A stretch of 64,000 bases of DNA from a virus (Duplodnaviria; Caudoviricetes): positions 24,988 through 88,987 of the IMG/VR virus record IMGVR_UViG_3300021399_000133; one strand, written 5' to 3'. Shown here in pieces: positions 59,501-64,000 of this stretch (positions are counted from its first letter, which is position 1; each line of letters opens with the position of its first letter). The notes below the pieces were generated by a model, which worked only from the letters and a program-made list of their open reading frames with translations, had not been told where the DNA came from and searched no databases. Both the position numbers and the translations under genes were made by a program.

Positions 59501-62500
59501 GGATGATCTGACTTGGGGTGTAACGAAAGATAAAGATCCCTCTACAAACAAGAAGAGATTTGGTAAGTTTATAATGCTTGAAGGTGCAGATAATAACTTG
59601 CCACTTACTGACTTCCGTGTGCCTTGGGATTGGAATAGAATTACCAGAGAAGTGGAAGATGGTGAAACTGCTGGCTATAACTTTAACTGGGGTGGAACAT
59701 GGCAAACTTCTCTCGATGTTGATAAGTACGTAGACTCTAAAACTATCACGGACTCTCTGGAAAATGAATATACTGCTCCTGTTGATGAAGTTGAAAATGC
59801 TATCGAGTCTACTGTCAACTTCCTCTATAATCATAATCCACATCTGAAAGTCTATGATGGTACCTGGGATCAATTCTTGGCTTACTTTAATGCTCTTTCA
59901 GAATCAGAACAAACAGATGCTAAATTGTGGAACTGGTGGGTAACTGATGACTGGGGAATTAGACGATATGATGAAGGAACTGGCCATAATGACGCTGGTT
60001 GGGTTGGTATTGGTTGGAATCCTAGTGCAGCTCAAAGAACTTTCGTGAGATATATTAATGATAGTAAAGATATCTACTACGCTGCTTATCAAAAGTATGA
60101 ATGGTGCAATGATAACCCAACAACTGACGAAGCTGCTAGATATGGTACTTATAATTCAGAAACAGGAACCTATACTATCGACTGGAACCAAATCAATGAC
60201 TATGTAATTTCACTGATTGCTCTTGATGGTAAAACCGGAGCCGATAAGTTCTCAGATCACTTTAATACTAACTCGGCTATCTTCCACTATACCTTCTGTA
60301 ATACCTTCATTGCTGGTACCGATAACTGCTCAAAGAATACCTACTATGTTCTTGATCCAGGTACTATGAAGTTCGAGTTACACCAGGACGATATGGATAC
60401 TATTTTTGCAACCGATAACTCAGGCTTCCAAACTAAGCCTTACTATATCGATCGTGAAAACCCAGCATCCGACGACAATCCTACTGTATCTCTCTATGAA
60501 GGTAAGAGCAATGTCCTCTTTAATCTGATGGAAGTAATGTTCAGCGAGGATAGAACTGGATCTGGTAGTAAGAAATATCTCTCTTCTCCAACTTCTGGAG
60601 TCGATTGTGAGATTAAAGCTATGTTCAAGTCTATCTTCAGAATAATGCCTACCCTCGTAACTGACCGTGAACAAACTCAAGGACTCTATAAACAAACTGT
60701 CTGGGGTTGCTTGCAGAAATACTTCTTCTCAACTCAAGATTATTTCTCACAGACTGCCTATAATCAACAGGCTCTGATTCGCTATGAGTATCCTGAAGCT
60801 CTGAAGTTTAAGTCAGATGGTAGACAAGTTGCTCCTATCTCTCAGTCCCTCGGTGATCAGCTTGAATCAGAGGAACAATATATGAAGAGACGTTTGGTTC
60901 TGTTTGCTTCTTATGCTTATTTCGCTGCATTTAATCATATGAATGCTGGTAGCGATGGCAGTATTGGTCTTGAAGATACAGATCATGACGACAAGATCTC
61001 ATTTGCTAACCCAAATACAACACCAACAAATAATCATCTTGTATTTGACCTCGTTCCACATCAATATATCTACCCGACAGGATTTATTGGTAATACCTCA
61101 GTCAGATATAATGTTAGATGCCACCCAGGAGAAACATATCATTGGGACTTCTCAGTGGCTAGTGCAGGTGATACTGGTATTGGTATTTGTGGTGCTAACT
61201 TCTATCGCGAAATTGGTAATCAGAAATACGTCTATATTAAGGAAGGTTCTGAATTCCAAGTATATGGCCGACGTCTTACTAAATTCGAAGCTTGTGACGA
61301 GGCAGATCCAACTACCGTAAACTTCAACCCAGCATCTGTTACACTCGGTACTAAAACAAATAATATCGAAGTCTTTAATCTCAATGGTGCTACTGGTGTG
61401 AAGGGCGCAGTTGATGTTCATTCCTGTACACGACTCAGAACACTCGATATTAGAAATACTGGCGTTACTAGTGTTACCTACCCAGAAACAGCTACATTAA
61501 CGACTATCCATAATAACGATGCTCTGACTTCTTCTACATTCAGAAACCTTCCTAATTGTAGTATATTCGATTTCCAAGGTATCTCTAATCTTACATCAGT
61601 TACTTGGGCATTCGGCGGTAATAATGTCTTCCACGAAACAAAGGAAAGAATTAATGCCCTTCGAACAGCAGCCGTCCCACTCGTATCTTCTAACATTAGC
61701 GGTATTAGATGGTTTACCGGGGCTTCTGAAGCTAAACTGACTGATGCTAATATCTTGGACTACCTCGTTGGAATCCCAGAAACTCACCTTAAGGGAGCTA
61801 TCGAAATCTCTGGTACTTCCGTGATGACTTATGATAGAAAACTTAAGTATACAGCTGCTTGGGGTAATATCGACTCTGCATCTGGCGACCTCTATATTAA
61901 ATACGATAGAAACTCCGCCAACCTTACCTACTATGTCGATATCACAGGACGACCAAACATCTTCCCATTTAAAGATCTTATTGGCGCAGAAGGTGGTCTT
62001 AATCCATATAACGAAATTAAGATCGATGCACAAAATCCAGCAACTCATACCTATAGCCTAATCCCTTATAAGTCAGACCATACACTGAACGCAAACTCTA
62101 ATGATATTTATCAGATCCGATGGACTTATACCGACTCTATCTCTGGCTCTAGAAATAGTATTAACGCTACAACTGGCGCCCTTACTGTCTATGATGCCTC
62201 TGAAAAAGATAGCCTCGGGAATGATCACACCGGTACTATATCTGTGACAGCTTGGGTTAGTGATGATAAGGGCAATCCACGTACAACACTCACTAATACC
62301 TTTACCGTTAATTATAAACGTCGTGAGGCTGAAGTGGGCGATTATGTGTATGCTGATGGCTCATGGTCTCCTAATTATGAAACAGATAGAACAGTTGTAG
62401 GTATCTGCTTCTTCGTTGAACCTGAATTTAATACGGGCGGAAATGAATCTTCACAACTTCATAGACTCTGCTGCAGTGTTAAAAACTTAGGCTCACACGT

Positions 62501-64000
62501 CTGGGGTCTCTATAATAATGCCTCCTATATGTCTGGTATTACTCTCGATGCTGCCGCTCAAGGTTACTCTATCTATGACCTGGCTAATCTGGGTAATATC
62601 TCAGGCGTTCCATTCGTTACCTCTGTTGATGATATTCCTAGTGGTGGTACTCCTGGAAACTATGTACGAAGAGATAATATTAAGAATATCCTTAAAAATG
62701 TCTCTGAATGTACTGAACAAACTAGCCGTACACTCTACTATTGGGAAGTAACAGAAACTACTACTGGGGCTATTGATAAGGATGCATTAACCGAACCTAA
62801 CGTAAGCATAGTCGGACAAATCTGGCATGTTGGAGACGTATATTATCTGTGTTCTGGTGGTGCTGGTATTACCTACTACACTTGGAATGAAGATAATAAG
62901 ATCTATTTCTTTGAGGGAGCAGATGGTGCACATAACTACTATCGTGCCTATAATCCTCTTACTTGGATCGCCGGCAATAAGTACTACCTGAAAACTAAGA
63001 GCGTAATTAATAAGCAAGGAATCTCTAAAAACATAACTTATTACTGTACCTCTAATGACTCTGGTGTTACTCCTCTTGTCGAATATTACCAAGGCTCTGA
63101 TGGATTCTACGACTATAAGATTAGATTTAGAGGAGAACGTGGCGCTGACCCATATACCTATTCTAAAACTAACTATAGCCAGCCATTAGTAGCTCCAGTT
63201 CATCAAGGCTTCTGTAAGAGTGTCGAAGATGTCCCAACAACAGGTAGCTCTATCTATTGCAAACTGAAAGATAATAACCACGTGATTCCGCAGGGTACTT
63301 GGTGTCCTTATGGCTACCTCGAAACCCAATATATCGTAAATCACCGAAATTATCTTATCGAACATATCGTCCAAAGAGATCCTAATACTGCAGAAGAAGG
63401 TGATGAAAAGATATTGACTTGGGGAACAGCTCCTTATGTGGATAAACCGGGTGATGGAGCCAAGAAGAAGAGTGGATGGGGAGCAGATTATCCTGACATG
63501 ACTAAAGCAAATGAATGGGATTATCTGACTTACCTCATCTCTGGTATCTCAAGTACATATGGAAGTGCCTACCAAGAACTTTATTATCCTGCGGCCTCTA
63601 AGTGTTATGCCTATAGCCCGGATATTAAGCTCTCTGGCCAACCCTATGATGTAAAAGCCACTGAGAAACTATCTAAGATCTTCGCCGCTAATAACTGGTT
63701 CTTGCCATCAGCCGGCGACCTCGCTAGAATATATTGGTATCATAGAGCCTCTTGTAACAATAGTAGTGCAACATCTTATACAGATAGAGATAGTGCTGCC
63801 TTTGTTAATGATAAAGAGATTTACAATGATGCTATTTTCTCAAAGGCCTACTTCGGTATGGGCACAACAAATGGAGTTAGAAATTTCACCATCTTTCCTA
63901 GTGGATCAGGACGATATCTTTGGACAGGTATGCAACACTTACCTACTCATAGTTGGGTAACGCATTTTACGGCGGGTGATTCTAGGGCTGCTGGATACTG
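56496..64000 (+). CDS. Giant (>2500 aa, 3' incomplete) fibre/adhesin-like protein with LamG-like, CotH-kinase-like, LRR and Lcl/DUF1566 lectin regions
   Basis: ATG 56496 (MAKSIITDPIP). Segments translated by hand (56496-59640, 60240-60480, final lines) stay in one frame without a stop, and the frame reaches the window end, which explains its absence from the track. Motifs: SLTFEIDYRVRNV, IDIYSIRVY, LKINYASS, GTDNCSKN, DDMDT, RLRTLDIRNTGVTSV, WFLPSAGDL, LWTGMQ...SWVTHFTAG. Confidence 0.88.
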   Translation, partial: MAKSIITDPIPSMDTPWENYAGQCVEDFIKENLTDLETNKYGCIMLSEHPDADSYYHIWCFANRQAFDDWHDPEHGYSTDTLDNTSEQYRDLLLHSLVLQIKADPGNIYTAEIFTYFNPGSAIVCKEKQYLIPYYFRALYQDALSGERDDYSTNGTITIQRSVDHGASWVTVGTQSAISRKGAPKRNEDGSYSSESFFAEDMVDIGKYFTETNPQYFRFRVSYDVLSDSGALLSSAVSPWIQFTNVTYTELLCNFSDQSSTSTIIDLSKTPNLPVDLTLKCDVTKHVFVEVTGSNGTYSTDAVLDAVTNTAHFNITPDITAANEAGLFTHGVKTIRAWITADGGTNGTLSSEVAMTQRMVVNINDQEADLYKPCVMMQGLTNTVENYISIPQFCSYSVWIPSNIDPTLPASSSIDLRFVVSSSPDSQSLGNSYMLQTASDRINGQIYAFGCTIEAESSEEQLQGYLHVLDTTDERNIVDILYNSIGEEYIEIDINNSYKFAPVGDADFYLNPRVRDNSEANPTKIYNEALASRDEIPSHWSGFGAINDAWITSDVDGQKVLRVVSGQTISIEYDWLATFANLSADTMKSLTFEIDYRVRNVVDENIPIIRAGSFIGSQFVGITLNSMNGTVCSTNYANVPMQDFRFQEDERTHLVVNLSTRYDAGAGGANYLPLCQVFINGVINREFLFGTAGGSINNTEWYTAGNPSTIVIGNGELKADIDIYSIRVYSSTNSSHVFTEADVLQNYITSLPTTNEKLTCRQENDILAVNGKVSAEKLEQLGKNVIIWHGTQPTHSDPNSKKGWWEIFVYNADGTLDKAHSGTIAKETGQAGNGLTATRQGTTANTYFYSNIQTKLKDLSKEKDGKPVNPKIFVRLENIAPDFAYDPEEVVTEQGHDGIWTWDGWIDGNNMYHGPFYQLSNNTPLGQKMVLKINYASSQQSHLMGSCNLYNDLHKRLVTANAMIQFNSNARVCKQQLPFHYFTDDSNGIVFQGMGTFGPGKMDDLTWGVTKDKDPSTNKKRFGKFIMLEGADNNLPLTDFRVPWDWNRITREVEDGETAGYNFNWGGTWQTSLDVDKYVDSKTITDSLENEYTAPVDEVENAIESTVNFLYNHNPHLKVYDGTWDQFLAYFNALSESEQTDAKLWNWWVTDDWGIRRYDEGTGHNDAGWVGIGWNPSAAQRTFVRYINDSKDIYYAAYQKYEWCNDNPTTDEAARYGTYNSETGTYTIDWNQINDYVISLIALDGKTGADKFSDHFNTNSAIFHYTFCNTFIAGTDNCSKNTYYVLDPGTMKFELHQDDMDTIFATDNSGFQTKPYYIDRENPASDDNPTVSLYEGKSNVLFNLMEVMFSEDRTGSGSKKYLSSPTSGVDCEIKAMFKSIFRIMPTLVTDREQTQGLYKQTVWGCLQKYFFSTQDYFSQTAYNQQALIRYEYPEALKFKSDGRQVAPISQSLGDQLESEEQYMKRRLVLFASYAYFAAFNHMNAGSDGSIGLEDTDHDDKISFANPNTTPTNNHLVFDLVPHQYIYPTGFIGNTSVRYNVRCHPGETYHWDFSVASAGDTGIGICGANFYREIGNQKYVYIKEGSEFQVYGRRLTKFEACDEADPTTVNFNPASVTLGTKTNNIEVFNLNGATGVKGAVDVHSCTRLRTLDIRNTGVTSVTYPETATLTTIHNNDALTSSTFRNLPNCSIFDFQGISNLTSVTWAFGGNNVFHETKERINALRTAAVPLVSSNISGIRWFTGASEAKLTDANILDYLVGIPETHLKGAIEISGTSVMTYDRKLKYTAAWGNIDSASGDLYIKYDRNSANLTYYVDITGRPNIFPFKDLIGAEGGLNPYNEIKIDAQNPATHTYSLIPYKSDHTLNANSNDIYQIRWTYTDSISGSRNSINATTGALTVYDASEKDSLGNDHTGTISVTAWVSDDKGNPRTTLTNTFTVNYKRREAEVGDYVYADGSWSPNYETDRTVVGICFFVEPEFNTGGNESSQLHRLCCSVKNLGSHVWGLYNNASYMSGITLDAAAQGYSIYDLANLGNISGVPFVTSVDDIPSGGTPGNYVRRDNIKNILKNVSECTEQTSRTLYYWEVTETTTGAIDKDALTEPNVSIVGQIWHVGDVYYLCSGGAGITYYTWNEDNKIYFFEGADGAHNYYRAYNPLTWIAGNKYYLKTKSVINKQGISKNITYYCTSNDSGVTPLVEYYQGSDGFYDYKIRFRGERGADPYTYSKTNYSQPLVAPVHQGFCKSVEDVPTTGSSIYCKLKDNNHVIPQGTWCPYGYLETQYIVNHRNYLIEHIVQRDPNTAEEGDEKILTWGTAPYVDKPGDGAKKKSGWGADYPDMTKANEWDYLTYLISGISSTYGSAYQELYYPAASKCYAYSPDIKLSGQPYDVKATEKLSKIFAANNWFLPSAGDLARIYWYHRASCNNSSATSYTDRDSAAFVNDKEIYNDAIFSKAYFGMGTTNGVRNFTIFPSGSGRYLWTGMQHLPTHSWVTHFTAGDSRAAGY

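Noticed and set aside
56677-63960. Many short track ORFs on both strands (e.g. 58617..59315 -, 59316..59873 -, 60943..61320 +)
   Set aside because: They are shadows of the single long + frame starting at 56496, which has coherent domain motifs.
1-64000. Alternative genetic code (stop reassignment), as in some gut phages
   Set aside because: Genes tile the + strand densely under code 11, and TAG and TGA both end genes cleanly (e.g. TAG at 32359 and 54140, TGA at 28750).
1-64000. tRNA, rRNA, introns, inteins or reverse transcriptase
   Set aside because: No cloverleaf or rRNA-like segment in the short intergenic gaps, and no intein, homing-endonuclease or RT motifs recognised by eye; a covariance-model scan was not run.

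Overview
A 64-kb, AT-rich, densely coded segment of a large (probably jumbo) contractile-tailed phage. All supportable genes are on the + strand in genetic code 11. A Bacteroidota host is inferred from A-rich, SD-less start contexts, a BT4734/VirE-N primase and tail-fibre cassette motifs. Gene order: neck/terminator-like genes and a first tail sheath, interleaved with orphan genes sharing an 'MIKFRQKx[FY]' leader (1-11 kb); a repeat-rich tube-fold protein, second sheath, tube, chaperone pair with a likely +1 frameshift, tape measure with two cell-wall hydrolases, and hub/spike (11-28.7 kb); an inserted helicase-like gene, repeat-rich putative origin and primase, coinciding with a strand-skew flip (28.8-32.4 kb); baseplate wedge and large fibre-like genes, a T4-type holin candidate and a DDE-less IS1595 remnant (32.4-56.5 kb); and a >2500-aa ORF missed by the ORF track (56496 to window end) with LamG-like, CotH-kinase-like, LRR and Lcl/DUF1566 C-type-lectin regions, possibly a DGR target. 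No capsid, portal, terminase, tRNA, rRNA, CRISPR array or reverse transcriptase was seen. All family calls come from motif recognition by eye; no searches were run.
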